Assembly (NCBI GenBank): GCA_028135785.1
Contig: JAOIHS010000006.1
Span: 8,929 to 72,928 of the forward strand
DNA length: 64,000 bases
DNA from: SAR86 cluster bacterium
GTDB taxonomy: Bacteria; Pseudomonadota; Gammaproteobacteria; Magnimaribacterales; AG-339-G14
Reading direction: 5' to 3'
Notes under the pieces: generated by a model
What the model was told of the DNA's origin: nothing
The model's input: only the letters and a program-made list of their open reading frames with translations
The model's database searches: none
In this document: one piece after another, positions 8,134 through 19,034 of the stretch
How the letters are laid out: each line of letters opens with the position of its first letter
How positions within the stretch are numbered: position 1 is the first letter of the stretch
Made by a program: the position numbers and the translations under genes

Positions 8134-9390
8134 GTGGAATCTAAAAAAAATATAACTAAAAAACAAATTTACTCTTGGGCCCTTTATGATTGGGCAAATT
8201 CAGCTTTTGCCACAACCGTAATAGCAGGGTTTTTTCCTATTTTTTTTAAAAGTTTTTGGGCGGGCGATTTAAGTCCATCTGAAAGTTCTGCCTGGCTGGG
8301 AACCGCCAATTCAATTTCAGGTTTGGCTATAGTTTTTATAGCACCTTTTCTAGGTGCTTTAGCTGATATATCTAACAAAAAGAAATTCTTTTTGGGTTTC
8401 TTTGCTTTCCTAGGAGTTATTTTTACGGGTTCATTATTTTTTATCGCTCAAGGACAATGGGTTATTGCTATGGCAGTTTATGCAATGGCTTCTATTGGTT
8501 TTTCAGGCGGTAACGTTTTTTATGATGCTTTGCTTACAAATGTTTCTTCAAAAGAATCTAGAAATAGAGTTTCTGCTCTTGGGTATTCGTTGGGTTATTT
8601 GGGCGGAGGATTTTTATTTATTTTTAATGTCTGCATGTATCTTTACCCAGAGTCATTTGGACTGAAATCTATTACAGATGCAGTTTTATTTTCTTTTTTA
8701 AGTGTTTCGGTTTGGTGGGCACTATTCACAATTCCAATTCTAAAATTTGTTCCTGAAGATCGGAATGTCACATCCGTTTCTTTTTCATTAAATTTATTTA
8801 CCCAATCTTTTAAGAGAGTTATTTCTACTTTTAAAGATATAAGGCAATACAAAAAACTTTCTATATTTTTATTGGCTTATTGGTTGTATATCGATGGAGT
8901 GCATACGATTGTAAGAATGGCTATAGCTTACGGATCAGATATTGGGCTTCAATCCTCAGATATGATAATAGCTTTAATTATTACCCAGTTTGTAGGTTTT
9001 CCAGCAACAATAGCTTATGGATTTTTGGGCGATAAGTTTGGCCTAAGACCTATGCTTTCTATTGGAATTATCGGTTATATCTTCGTCACTATATTTAGTA
9101 CTTTTATAACCTCCATAACTGGTTTTTATTTTTTAGCAGCAACAATAGGAATTTTTCAAGGCGGCGTTCAATCTATTAGTAGAGCCTTTTTCTCTAGATT
9201 AATTCCTGAAAATAAAGATGCAGAATTTTTTGGATTTTATAATCTCGTTGGAAAATCTTCAGTAATTATAGGACCTGTTTTAGTGGGGTGGGTCGCCTAT
9301 ACTTTTGATAATCCAGATTATGGTATTTTGAGCTTACTACTTTTGTTTATTCCAGGCTTATTAGTGCTTTGGTTGATGCCAAAAGATTAA
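8134..9390 (+). CDS. MFS transporter, UMF1 (Atg22-like) family
   Basis: N-terminal signature YSWALYDWANSAFATTVIAGFFPIFF. About 12 predicted TM segments. GTG start. Confidence 0.7.
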   Translation: MESKKNITKKQIYSWALYDWANSAFATTVIAGFFPIFFKSFWAGDLSPSESSAWLGTANSISGLAIVFIAPFLGALADISNKKKFFLGFFAFLGVIFTGSLFFIAQGQWVIAMAVYAMASIGFSGGNVFYDALLTNVSSKESRNRVSALGYSLGYLGGGFLFIFNVCMYLYPESFGLKSITDAVLFSFLSVSVWWALFTIPILKFVPEDRNVTSVSFSLNLFTQSFKRVISTFKDIRQYKKLSIFLLAYWLYIDGVHTIVRMAIAYGSDIGLQSSDMIIALIITQFVGFPATIAYGFLGDKFGLRPMLSIGIIGYIFVTIFSTFITSITGFYFLAATIGIFQGGVQSISRAFFSRLIPENKDAEFFGFYNLVGKSSVIIGPVLVGWVAYTFDNPDYGILSLLLLFIPGLLVLWLMPKD

Positions 9391-10112
9391 ATTAAGTCTT
9401 TTTCTTTCATTATGCTCATTAACAATTGGGCATTATCCGACATAATTCCGTCTACCCCAATATCTATGAGTTTGCGCATGGTTTGCTCATCATTTATTGT
9501 CCATACATTAACTTTGATATTATCTTGATGACATTTAGTTACGAAATCCTTTGTGCAAACTTCTAATCCCAAGTAATTTAAGGGCATTTGAACAGCGGTA
9601 CAATTATTTTTCTTATTAAAAAATCTATAACCTATTAATTGAGATCTACCCATCGAGGTATTTATTTGAGAATTCAAACTTTGTATTTCTCTAATGGTAT
9701 TGGAATTAAAAGAGCCCAAGCAAATTCTATCGACCGCTCTGTGATTTTTAATTTTAGTTAAAACCTTTTCAGTCATTCCCGAAACCTTTAAATCAAAATT
9801 GAAGTAAGTATCAGGAAACTCTTCTAAAAGATCATCAATTGTAGGAATAAACTCTTTTTTTGGAAGTCTGCGCATTCTAATTTCCGAAAGCTTCGTATTT
9901 TGTATTTTTGAATTTGATCCTGTAATTCTGCTCAGGTTAGGATCATGGAAGGTGATGATCTTTCCATCTTTGGTTTGTCTAAGATCAGTTTCAATATGCT
10001 TGTAACCATTAGCGCGAGCTTCTTTAAAAGCTTCCATTGTATTTTCGGTAAAATTAGTAGCATCTCCTCTGTGAATAAAGCCTTGAAACTTAGTGTTAAA
10101 AATGGAGTCCAT
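9387..10112 (-). CDS. glycerophosphodiester phosphodiesterase family protein
   Basis: GDPD motifs HRGD...ENT, ETDLRQTKDG, FHDPNL, and C-terminal VDGIMSD. Confidence 0.8.
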   Translation of the reverse strand: MDSIFNTKFQGFIHRGDATNFTENTMEAFKEARANGYKHIETDLRQTKDGKIITFHDPNLSRITGSNSKIQNTKLSEIRMRRLPKKEFIPTIDDLLEEFPDTYFNFDLKVSGMTEKVLTKIKNHRAVDRICLGSFNSNTIREIQSLNSQINTSMGRSQLIGYRFFNKKNNCTAVQMPLNYLGLEVCTKDFVTKCHQDNIKVNVWTINDEQTMRKLIDIGVDGIMSDNAQLLMSIMKEKDLI

Positions 10113-10161
10113 AAGATATTAATATGTATAATTTTAGTAATAAAAGATTAAGGAGGAGGTA

Positions 10162-11106
10162 ATGAGTTTTAAGCTATATTTTTTGATTATAACAATTACT
10201 GTAGTCCTTTTGCCCTACATTTATAACACTCTCAAGTTAAAAAACCCAGAAGATATGTTGATTCCAGATGAGGGCCAAATTGTTAACTTAACTAATGGAA
10301 AAATTTACTATCGTTGGTATGAACCTGAAATTATTAATGATGATGAAATTATTATTTTAGTTCATGGCTTTTCTACACCAAGTTTTGTTTGGAATGGAAT
10401 TTTAGAAGATCTTTTAAGTACTGGTAAAAAAGTTTTAGTTTATGATCATTATGGAAGAGGTTTTTCTGCTCGACCTAATGCAAAGTACAGTCTAGATTTT
10501 TATGTCGCCACTTTAGAAGAGCTTCTATTAAGTTTAAAAATAGAAACTAAAATTAATATTATTGGATATTCTATGGGCGGACCAATAGCAGCTGAATTTG
10601 CATCCTTGAATAGTGAGAAAATTGAAACACTTAGTTTAATAGCTCCAGCAGGTTACATTTCAGAATCTCCTTGGTATTTAAAAGTATTTACATATCCAAT
10701 TATAGGCGATTATGTCTTTAGAGCTCTTCCTAATGTATTCAAAAGCATTTCCGCTTCTGAGACTTCCTATAGTGATGATCCAAAATCAATTAATGAAGAA
10801 GAATTTACTAATCTTTTTATGAATCAGACTTTTTATAAAGGTTTTACTGATGCTTTACTGTCGACAATTAGAAATTTTGACATGTCAGACTCATCAATAA
10901 TCTTTAAAAAGATAGATGATCTAGAAATTGACTCACTGGTAATATGGGGGACTCAAGACAAGGTAGTCCCTATAAAAGGCTATATTGAATTAAAAAAAGA
11001 TATTCCCTCTATAAGCCTTAAAGAAATAAAAGAGGGCACTCATGACATCACCTATAGACAACCAAGTCAGGTTGGCGCTATTTTGAAAGATTTTATCAAA
11101 AAATAG
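10162..11106 (+). CDS. alpha/beta-fold hydrolase with N-terminal membrane anchor
   Basis: HGFSTPS oxyanion region and nucleophile elbow GYSMGG. Strong SD (AAGGAGGAGG) upstream. Confidence 0.75.
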   Translation: MSFKLYFLIITITVVLLPYIYNTLKLKNPEDMLIPDEGQIVNLTNGKIYYRWYEPEIINDDEIIILVHGFSTPSFVWNGILEDLLSTGKKVLVYDHYGRGFSARPNAKYSLDFYVATLEELLLSLKIETKINIIGYSMGGPIAAEFASLNSEKIETLSLIAPAGYISESPWYLKVFTYPIIGDYVFRALPNVFKSISASETSYSDDPKSINEEEFTNLFMNQTFYKGFTDALLSTIRNFDMSDSSIIFKKIDDLEIDSLVIWGTQDKVVPIKGYIELKKDIPSISLKEIKEGTHDITYRQPSQVGAILKDFIKK

Positions 11107-11170
11107 TCAAAGAATTATGTTCTGATTCACTTAATAATTCTATCAATTCCATAATCTATAAGACGCAAGA

Positions 11171-11200
11171 AAACCCCCCAAGGGAAGATAAGGGGGGTTT
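11171..11200. terminator. GC-rich hairpin between convergent genes (probable bidirectional terminator)
   Basis: AAACCCCCC (11171-79) pairs with GGGGGGTTT (11192-200) across a 12-nt loop. T-rich sequence follows. Confidence 0.6.
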
Positions 11201-11225
11201 AAGGTTTAGTTTTAAAAAAACTAAT

Positions 11226-11882
11226 CTATAAAAGACCTACATTGATGAAAAATGCATTATCACTTTCTGTAGTCAAATCTGTAGAAGCATCATCCGAATA
11301 ATCTGAATAACCAAGAGTTATAGAAAAATCACCCATTGAGAAATCATATGTCAAATTTGTGTATTCTCCGAAACCATCGTAATCACCATAAGCAATTCCT
11401 ATTGAACCTTCGCCAAGATCAAATCCATAAGAAACTTCAAGATTATCTGATACTCCAAATCCAGTAGTATCTCCTGCTGCTCCTCCATCTTCACCAGAAG
11501 CATAAGAAAATCCTATACCCATAGGGAGGTCAACACCTATATATAGCTCTTCAAAATCATCCCCACCACCTTCAGTAGCAGGATAATCAAACTTTACATA
11601 ACCGATATCATAATCAATATCACCTAAGGAACCTGTATATCCGCCGTAGTAGTCTACTTCAGAACCTGATGCAACCGATGCAATCCAAGTTCCAACATAG
11701 AGTCCATTATCGAACTCAACATCTAATCCACCATTTATAGAAGCATCACCAGTATTTTGTGTCATACCTCTCCAAATGTAGTCAGATTGTAATTGAGCAT
11801 TTCCGGATATAGAAACAGCTGAGCTGATTCCAGATACCAGTACTAAAGAAAAACTAATGAAAGCTAATTTCAATTTATTCAT
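11226..11882 (-). CDS. TorF/Gcw_chp (TIGR02001-type) putative outer-membrane beta-barrel protein
   Basis: Signal peptide followed by the family pattern SGNAQLQSDYIWRGMTQNTGDASINGGLDVEFDNGLYVGTWIASV...DYYGGY...DYDIGY. Confidence 0.7.
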   Translation of the reverse strand: MNKLKLAFISFSLVLVSGISSAVSISGNAQLQSDYIWRGMTQNTGDASINGGLDVEFDNGLYVGTWIASVASGSEVDYYGGYTGSLGDIDYDIGYVKFDYPATEGGGDDFEELYIGVDLPMGIGFSYASGEDGGAAGDTTGFGVSDNLEVSYGFDLGEGSIGIAYGDYDGFGEYTNLTYDFSMGDFSITLGYSDYSDDASTDLTTESDNAFFINVGLL

Positions 11883-12109
11883 AACATCTCCATTTATTTA
11901 ATTAATTAAGGATGCCATTCTACAGTTAGTAAATTGAACTCAAACTCATCTTTTTTTAATTAAATAGTCAGCAATTGCTCTAATAAGGAGCAAATACTGA
12001 ATTTTTTTAATTTACCTGAGCAAAAATAATGCACTAAGATTGATTATTATTTGTTTCAAAATAACTTTGAATCAGGTTTAATAGATTTTTTTAAAAATAT
12101 AGATAGCTT

Positions 12110-13093
12110 ATGAATTTTGATGCCTTAGTTACTGAAGAAACAGAAAACGGATATGTATGTAATGTTAAAGAAAGATCTTTTAACGATCTACCAGAAGGTA
12201 AGGTGTTAATCAAAGTTCTTTATTCTTCTCTTAATTTTAAAGATGCTTTATCTGCATCGGGAAATAAAGGAGTTTCTAGAAATTTTCCACATACTCCTGG
12301 TATAGATGCTTCTGGAATTGTTGAGGAGTCTGAATCTGAATTATTTAAAAAAGGTGACGAAGTTATTGTTACTGGTTATGACATGGGCATGAACACTTCC
12401 GGAGGATTTTCTGAATTTATAAGAGTTCCTGAAGATTGGATAATAAAGAAACCAGAAAATTTAGAACTCTCAGAAGCTATGGCTTATGGAACGGCTGGCT
12501 TAACTGCTGGATTGTGCATGAGAAAACTTTTGCTTCATGGATTAAAACCTGAGGATGGAGAAGTTTTTGTTACAGGAGCAACGGGAGGCGTTGGAATAGT
12601 TTCTGTAATGTTACTTTCTAAATTAGGTTTTGATGTGGTAGCTATCTCTGGAAAAGCAGATCAAAAAGATTTATTGATTTCCCTTGGAGCTAAAGAAGTA
12701 ATAGCTAGAGATGAATTTGATCACGATATGAAAAATCCTCTTCAAAAACCAAGATGGGTTGGAGGAATTGATGCAGTCGGAGGCAATATTCTTTCAAACT
12801 TAATCACACAAACTCATCAAAGAGCGGCAATAGCTTGCTGTGGAATGGTTGCTGGATTAGAACTAAATACCAGCATTTTCCCTTTTATTTTGAGAGGCTT
12901 ATCTCTTTTTGGAGTAGATTCTGCAGAAAGTTTATTAGAAGTAAAAAAAGAAATATGGAGTAATTTTGCATCTGAGTGGAAATTAGCAGATATAAATGAT
13001 CAAATAACGGAAGTTTCACTTGATGGTCTAGTTTCAGAAATTGATAAGATCTTGAAAGGTGAGCAAGTTGGAAGAATTAGACTTAAAAATTAA
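12110..13093 (+). CDS. acuI: YhdH/YhfP-family quinone oxidoreductase / acrylyl-CoA reductase
   Basis: Collinear with E. coli YhdH: SSLNFKDALS, FPHTPGIDASG, GTAGLTA, VTGATGGVG, GRIRLK. Confidence 0.8.
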   Translation: MNFDALVTEETENGYVCNVKERSFNDLPEGKVLIKVLYSSLNFKDALSASGNKGVSRNFPHTPGIDASGIVEESESELFKKGDEVIVTGYDMGMNTSGGFSEFIRVPEDWIIKKPENLELSEAMAYGTAGLTAGLCMRKLLLHGLKPEDGEVFVTGATGGVGIVSVMLLSKLGFDVVAISGKADQKDLLISLGAKEVIARDEFDHDMKNPLQKPRWVGGIDAVGGNILSNLITQTHQRAAIACCGMVAGLELNTSIFPFILRGLSLFGVDSAESLLEVKKEIWSNFASEWKLADINDQITEVSLDGLVSEIDKILKGEQVGRIRLKN

Positions 13094-13095
13094 TC

Positions 13096-13227
13096 ATGGA
13101 AGAAAACCAAGAACCAAAATTTGACGAGAAAGCTGCTAACGAAGATAGCAAAATAGATGCTTTGGTAGCAGTCGTCGTTTTATTAGTTGTTACGGCAATT
13201 TTAGTTTATTGGGTATCTTCACAATAA
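13096..13227 (+). CDS. small membrane protein (43 aa), hypothetical; below the ORF-track length cutoff
   Basis: ATG at 13096, 3 nt after the acuI stop. Reads MEENQEPKFDEKAANEDSKIDALVAVVVLLVVTAILVYWVSSQ with a C-terminal TM helix and TAA at 13225. Confidence 0.3.
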   Translation: MEENQEPKFDEKAANEDSKIDALVAVVVLLVVTAILVYWVSSQ

Positions 13228-13235
13228 GGAAAAAA

Positions 13236-14213
13236 ATGGATATCAGAGAATTATTAAAAAACAATACAAGAATTCCAGTTATTGGAGCACCACTTTTTAC
13301 AGTTTCATACCCAGAATTAGTCATTGCTCAATGCAAAGCAGGAATAGTAGGTTCTTTTCCAGCTCTAAATGCAAGACCCGCAGATCAACTCGAGGTTTGG
13401 ATTGAAAAAATATCTTCTGAATTAGAAGAGTATAAAAAAGCAAACCCAGATAAAAAAGTAGCTCCCTTCGCTGTTAATCAGATCTGTCATAGTTCAAATG
13501 ATCGCCTTGAGCATGATATGGAAGTATGTGTAAAACATAAGGTTCCTATCGTAATAACTAGTTTAAGAGCTCCTAAATTTGTAACCGAAGCGGTACATAG
13601 TTATGGCGGAGTTGTAATGCATGACGTAATAAACGTAAGACATGCAAAAAAAGCTCTTTCAGAAGGTGCAGATGGTTTAATTTTAGTGTGTGCTGGAGCT
13701 GGAGGACACGCAGGTACTCTAAGTCCGTTTGCTCTAGTAAGAGAAATAAGAGAATTTTTTGATGGTCCAATTGCCTTGTCTGGGAGTATTTCTGAAGGAT
13801 CTTCGGTTTTATCAGCTATAGCATTAGGGGCTGATTTTGCATACGTAGGCACTAAGTTTATTGCTACTGAAGAAGCTAATGCTTCACCAGGTTATAAACA
13901 AATGCTAATAGATAGTACTGCGGACGATATTATGTATAGTGCGACCTTCACTGGAGTTGAAGGAAATTATTTAAGACCAAGCGTTGTTGCTGCTGGTTTA
14001 GATCCAGAAGAGCATACTGCTGGAAGCAAAGATGATATGAATTTTAGCGGGAGCGCTTTAGCTAAAAAGGATAACTCTTCTAAAGCTTGGAAAGATATTT
14101 GGGGATCAGGGCAAGGAATTGGTGGAATTAAGGCAGCTCCATCTGTTCAAGATGCGGTTGATGAAATGGTTGAGCAATACAATCAAGCCAAAGAAAGACT
14201 AGACCAATTTTAA
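13236..14213 (+). CDS. nitronate monooxygenase (2-nitropropane dioxygenase / FabK-like) family flavoprotein
   Basis: IPVIGAPL and GADGLILVCAGAGGHAG motifs. ATG at 13236 preferred (AAGGA SD upstream) over the track start 13209, which overlaps the small ORF. Confidence 0.8.
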   Translation: MDIRELLKNNTRIPVIGAPLFTVSYPELVIAQCKAGIVGSFPALNARPADQLEVWIEKISSELEEYKKANPDKKVAPFAVNQICHSSNDRLEHDMEVCVKHKVPIVITSLRAPKFVTEAVHSYGGVVMHDVINVRHAKKALSEGADGLILVCAGAGGHAGTLSPFALVREIREFFDGPIALSGSISEGSSVLSAIALGADFAYVGTKFIATEEANASPGYKQMLIDSTADDIMYSATFTGVEGNYLRPSVVAAGLDPEEHTAGSKDDMNFSGSALAKKDNSSKAWKDIWGSGQGIGGIKAAPSVQDAVDEMVEQYNQAKERLDQF

Positions 14214-14930
14214 TTACTTTTTGCTCAAGAGGAATTGATCAAATTCCATATGCATAACGCCTTTTGCTCCAGATAGGGCAATTTCGTTAGCACTTTTCTT
14301 GATCATTTTTAATTGCAATTCAGGAAGACCTTTAAATTTATTAAGCCATTTTTTTAGACATTGCTCTTTTTGATGAGCTTCAAATGAGGCATTTAAAAAT
14401 CCGTTATTAAGCGTTTCTTTACAATTAAGTTTTTCCCCGCTCATTATCATTGATTTAGCATTTGCAAGTCCCATTGCACTTATCGCTAAAGGTAAACCAA
14501 ACCAACTTAAATTCATTCCTAATTCAACCTCAGGATATCCAATAATTGAATTTTCTTGACCTAATCTGAAATCACAAGCACTAGCGATAACTGCACCTCC
14601 ACCCAAACAGAAACCTTCAATTTGACAAAAAGTTATTTGAGGTAAATTTAAAATAGAGTCTATACATCTTCTTCCAGCATTTTCATGCCAGGCATTGCTG
14701 AGACTAATATTAGTATTTTTTTCCTTTAAATCGGCACCAGCAGAAAAATTTGCAGAAGTAGTGCCAAATACGACAAAATTAATTTTGTTATCCAACGCAA
14801 TTTCATTGCATATAGATGTTATTTCCTTAAGCGTCTTGGTACTCAAGGCGTTTAGACTTCTAGGTCTATTTAAAAGAATCTTGAAAGTTTCTTTTTTCTT
14901 CTCTATTTTTATAAATTTATAATTAATCAT
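14214..14930 (-). CDS. enoyl-CoA hydratase/isomerase (crotonase) family protein
   Basis: FSAGADLKE oxyanion motif and GFCLGGG segment. Confidence 0.75.
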   Translation of the reverse strand: MINYKFIKIEKKKETFKILLNRPRSLNALSTKTLKEITSICNEIALDNKINFVVFGTTSANFSAGADLKEKNTNISLSNAWHENAGRRCIDSILNLPQITFCQIEGFCLGGGAVIASACDFRLGQENSIIGYPEVELGMNLSWFGLPLAISAMGLANAKSMIMSGEKLNCKETLNNGFLNASFEAHQKEQCLKKWLNKFKGLPELQLKMIKKSANEIALSGAKGVMHMEFDQFLLSKK

Positions 14931-15076
14931 TTTTAATCAACTCAGCTATTGCAATCCTATTCTCTTCTAATCACACTGAACAAAAGGAATGTTTTATTAT
15001 ATTCTGTATAAATTGAATAACTAATTTTGAGAAGTATGGATAGGGCATGAATAATCTTTTCTAAACCATCCTCCGA

Positions 15077-16015
<939 letters not shown>

Positions 16016-16085
16016 TTAAAAGAAAGATAATTTGATCTCCATTATACTTACAAAGATATAATGAAAAATAACATTCTTACTATTT

Positions 16086-18443
16086 TTGACTAAAAAAAAA
16101 TCATCACTTATTTCTGAATCTGTTAAAGCCAGATTCGAGTTGAACGCTTCATCCAAAAAGCTGCTTAAAGACTTATTTGTTCTTTTTCAATTATTGGCTG
16201 GAATAATCTTCAGTTTATCTCTCTGGACTTTTTCAATAAAAGATCCAGATTGGTTAAATGCAAGCTCGTCTATGGAAGTTTCTAATAGCATAGGAATAGT
16301 CGGAGCTTGGATTAGCAGCTTTCTTTATTCAATAATGGGAGTTACGGCATGGGTAATTTCCTTAATTCTATTTATTAATCCCATAAACTATTTCATAAAA
16401 CAAAATGATGGCTTAGAAGAGGTAATAGATCACAAATCTAATTTGTTTACATTTTTGGGTTTTGCTATTCTATGTTTTTCTGTTTCCTTGCTGATAAGTC
16501 TTCACTTAGATCCTTATATTAATTATTTTCCACAAACATCTTCGGGAATTATAGGAAACTACCTTTCGAATATAATTCTTCCTTATTTGAGTTTTGTTGG
16601 AACTAGCATAGTTGCAGCTTTCTTTTTTATGGTCAGTCTCAGTCTTTTAATTAATCTTCATTGGCAGGAAATTTTTTCACTTCTGAAAGAAAAGATGATC
16701 AATTTAGCTTTTGAATTTAATAAATTATCTAAAAATAGTTTCGAGGCTTTCAAAGAGAGCAGGAAAAAGAAAAACGAATCTAAAAACAGACAAAGCTTTT
16801 TAGATATTCATAAAGAAAAAATAAAATCTATGCCCAAGCCTGAAGTAAAAAAAGCTGAAGCGAAAATACCTGAAGGGAAAAAAGTAGTACTTGAGAAACA
16901 GGTAGAATTATTTGACAACAAAAACCCTGGCGATATGCCAAAAATTTCTTTGTTAGATGAGCGAGAAGCAATTAACAAAGAAATGTCTTCTCAAGAGTTA
17001 TATGAATTAGAAATTCTTAAAGAAGCTTTAATAACTAAACTAGCTGAATTCAAAGTAACAGGTCCTGAAGGGGAATACGCGATAGTAAGAGAAACTATGC
17101 GTGGTCCGGTTGTTACAAGATTTGAAGTTGAATTACCTAAGGGAATTAAAGTCTCTCAAGTCTCTAATTTGAATAAAGATTTAGCTAGGTCTCTTGGTGT
17201 TGGAAGTATAAGAATTGTGGAAGTCATAGAGGGCCGTGAGACGATAGGAGTAGAAATTCCTAATGCCGATAGAGAAAGCGTATTACTTGGAGAGGTTATA
17301 GCCTCTAAAGAATTTGAGGAGTCTAAAAGTCCTATCACCCTTGCTTACGGAAAAGATATTGAGGGAAAACCAGTACTTGAAGATCTTGCATCTTTGCCTC
17401 ATTTACTAATAGCAGGGACTACAGGCTCAGGAAAGTCTGTTGCGCTGAATGCCATGCTCATGAGTATTTTATACAAAGCAACTCCACAGGAGGTAAAACT
17501 GGTATTAATCGATCCTAAAATGTTGGAGCTTTCTGTTTATGAAGATTTACCGCATTTATTATGTCCAGTCATAACGGATATGTCTGAAGCTGCGTATGGA
17601 CTAAGATGGTGTGTAAATGAGATGGAAAGAAGATATAAACTAATGTCTGCTATGTCGGTAAGAAATTTAAGTGGCTACAACGCAAAAATAAATAAAGCCA
17701 TTGCATCTGGAAATCCTATAAAAGACCCAACAGTTAAAGTGGATGAAGAAAAAGGAATAACCGCTGAAGATATACCAGATTTAGTCGAATTACCCCAAAT
17801 TGTTATAGGTGTAGACGAACTAGCAGATTTAATGATGGTGGTAGGGAAAAAAGTTGAGCAATTAATAGCAAGATTAGCTCAAAAAGCTAGGGCTGCAGGC
17901 ATTCATATGCTGTTGGCTACACAAAGACCTTCGGTGGATGTTATTACTGGCTTAATAAAAGCGAACATTTCAGCAAGAATGGCTTTTAACGTTGCTTCTT
18001 CTATGGATTCTAGAGTAGTGCTAGATCAAGTAGGTGCAGAACAATTATTAGGAAAAGGAGATATGCTTTATGTGGGTTCTGGAACGTCCATACCTCTTAG
18101 AGTGCATGGCGCCTTTGTCGGAGAAGAGGAAATAATTAGAGTGGTTAGCGATTGGAAAGAGAGAGAATCCGTTAAATATCTGGATGAAGTTACCAAGGCA
18201 CCTGAAGTTGCTGAAGGGGCAGAAGGACAAAATGGAGATTCTGAAAAAGATGAATTTTATGATCAGGCTGTCGCATTTGTTGTCGAGTCAAGGAGAGCCT
18301 CTATATCCGCTGTTCAAAGAAAATTTAGAATTGGCTATAACAGAGCAGCAAGACTTATAGAGACTATGGAAGCAGCAGGATTAGTTAGCGAAATGAATTC
18401 TAATGGAAATAGAGAAGTTCTAGCGCCGAGTAATGCAGAATAA
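16086..18443 (+). CDS. ftsK: DNA translocase FtsK
   Basis: N-terminal TM domain, linker, motor with Walker A GTTGSGKS, C-terminal gamma winged-helix (ISAVQRKFRIGYNRAARLIE). TTG start. Confidence 0.95.
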   Translation: MTKKKSSLISESVKARFELNASSKKLLKDLFVLFQLLAGIIFSLSLWTFSIKDPDWLNASSSMEVSNSIGIVGAWISSFLYSIMGVTAWVISLILFINPINYFIKQNDGLEEVIDHKSNLFTFLGFAILCFSVSLLISLHLDPYINYFPQTSSGIIGNYLSNIILPYLSFVGTSIVAAFFFMVSLSLLINLHWQEIFSLLKEKMINLAFEFNKLSKNSFEAFKESRKKKNESKNRQSFLDIHKEKIKSMPKPEVKKAEAKIPEGKKVVLEKQVELFDNKNPGDMPKISLLDEREAINKEMSSQELYELEILKEALITKLAEFKVTGPEGEYAIVRETMRGPVVTRFEVELPKGIKVSQVSNLNKDLARSLGVGSIRIVEVIEGRETIGVEIPNADRESVLLGEVIASKEFEESKSPITLAYGKDIEGKPVLEDLASLPHLLIAGTTGSGKSVALNAMLMSILYKATPQEVKLVLIDPKMLELSVYEDLPHLLCPVITDMSEAAYGLRWCVNEMERRYKLMSAMSVRNLSGYNAKINKAIASGNPIKDPTVKVDEEKGITAEDIPDLVELPQIVIGVDELADLMMVVGKKVEQLIARLAQKARAAGIHMLLATQRPSVDVITGLIKANISARMAFNVASSMDSRVVLDQVGAEQLLGKGDMLYVGSGTSIPLRVHGAFVGEEEIIRVVSDWKERESVKYLDEVTKAPEVAEGAEGQNGDSEKDEFYDQAVAFVVESRRASISAVQRKFRIGYNRAARLIETMEAAGLVSEMNSNGNREVLAPSNAE

Positions 18444-19032
18444 AAATTTTTTTTTAATTAGCCTATTAATAATTTCAAATTTTTCTTTAGCGAGCTGTTT
18501 AGAATCTCATAAAAACCTTAAAAACTTCTTTAATCTGAAATCTTTCTCTGCTGACTTTCAACAAACCTTTTATGATTCAAATACCGATAAATTTGATGGA
18601 AATATAATTTTAGAAAAGCCGCATTACTTAAAATTAATAATGAAGCAGCCTGGAAGAACTGATTTGATAATAAATGAAAAATCAGTCTACAGGGTTGATT
18701 ATGATTTTGATCAAGCAGTTAAATATAAAAAAGAGAATATAATCAACCAAGTTCCTGCAGCTTTTTTATTGCTTGGTGCTAAAGATATTTGCAAGACATT
18801 TGAAAAGATTACATGTACAAAAGATATATGTTTTATCAAGCCAAAAGACACTTCATATTTAACCTCTATAAATCTCATTTTTAACAAAACAGTTTTAAAA
18901 GAAATTTCTTATATAAATTCATTTGGAGATGAAGCATTCATATTGTTATCAAATTTTCAGCTAAAATCAGAGTTATCTCCTGCGCTATTTAGCTATAATC
19001 AAGAAGTAACTGAGTTAATTGTTTTAGAGTAA
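18433..19032 (+). CDS. lolA: outer-membrane lipoprotein carrier protein LolA
   Basis: Sits downstream of ftsK as in E. coli. LolA pattern SFSADFQQTF...EKPHYL. The signal peptide ends in a lipobox-like LASC. Confidence 0.75.
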   Translation: MQNKNFFLISLLIISNFSLASCLESHKNLKNFFNLKSFSADFQQTFYDSNTDKFDGNIILEKPHYLKLIMKQPGRTDLIINEKSVYRVDYDFDQAVKYKKENIINQVPAAFLLLGAKDICKTFEKITCTKDICFIKPKDTSYLTSINLIFNKTVLKEISYINSFGDEAFILLSNFQLKSELSPALFSYNQEVTELIVLE

Positions 19033-19034
19033 TC

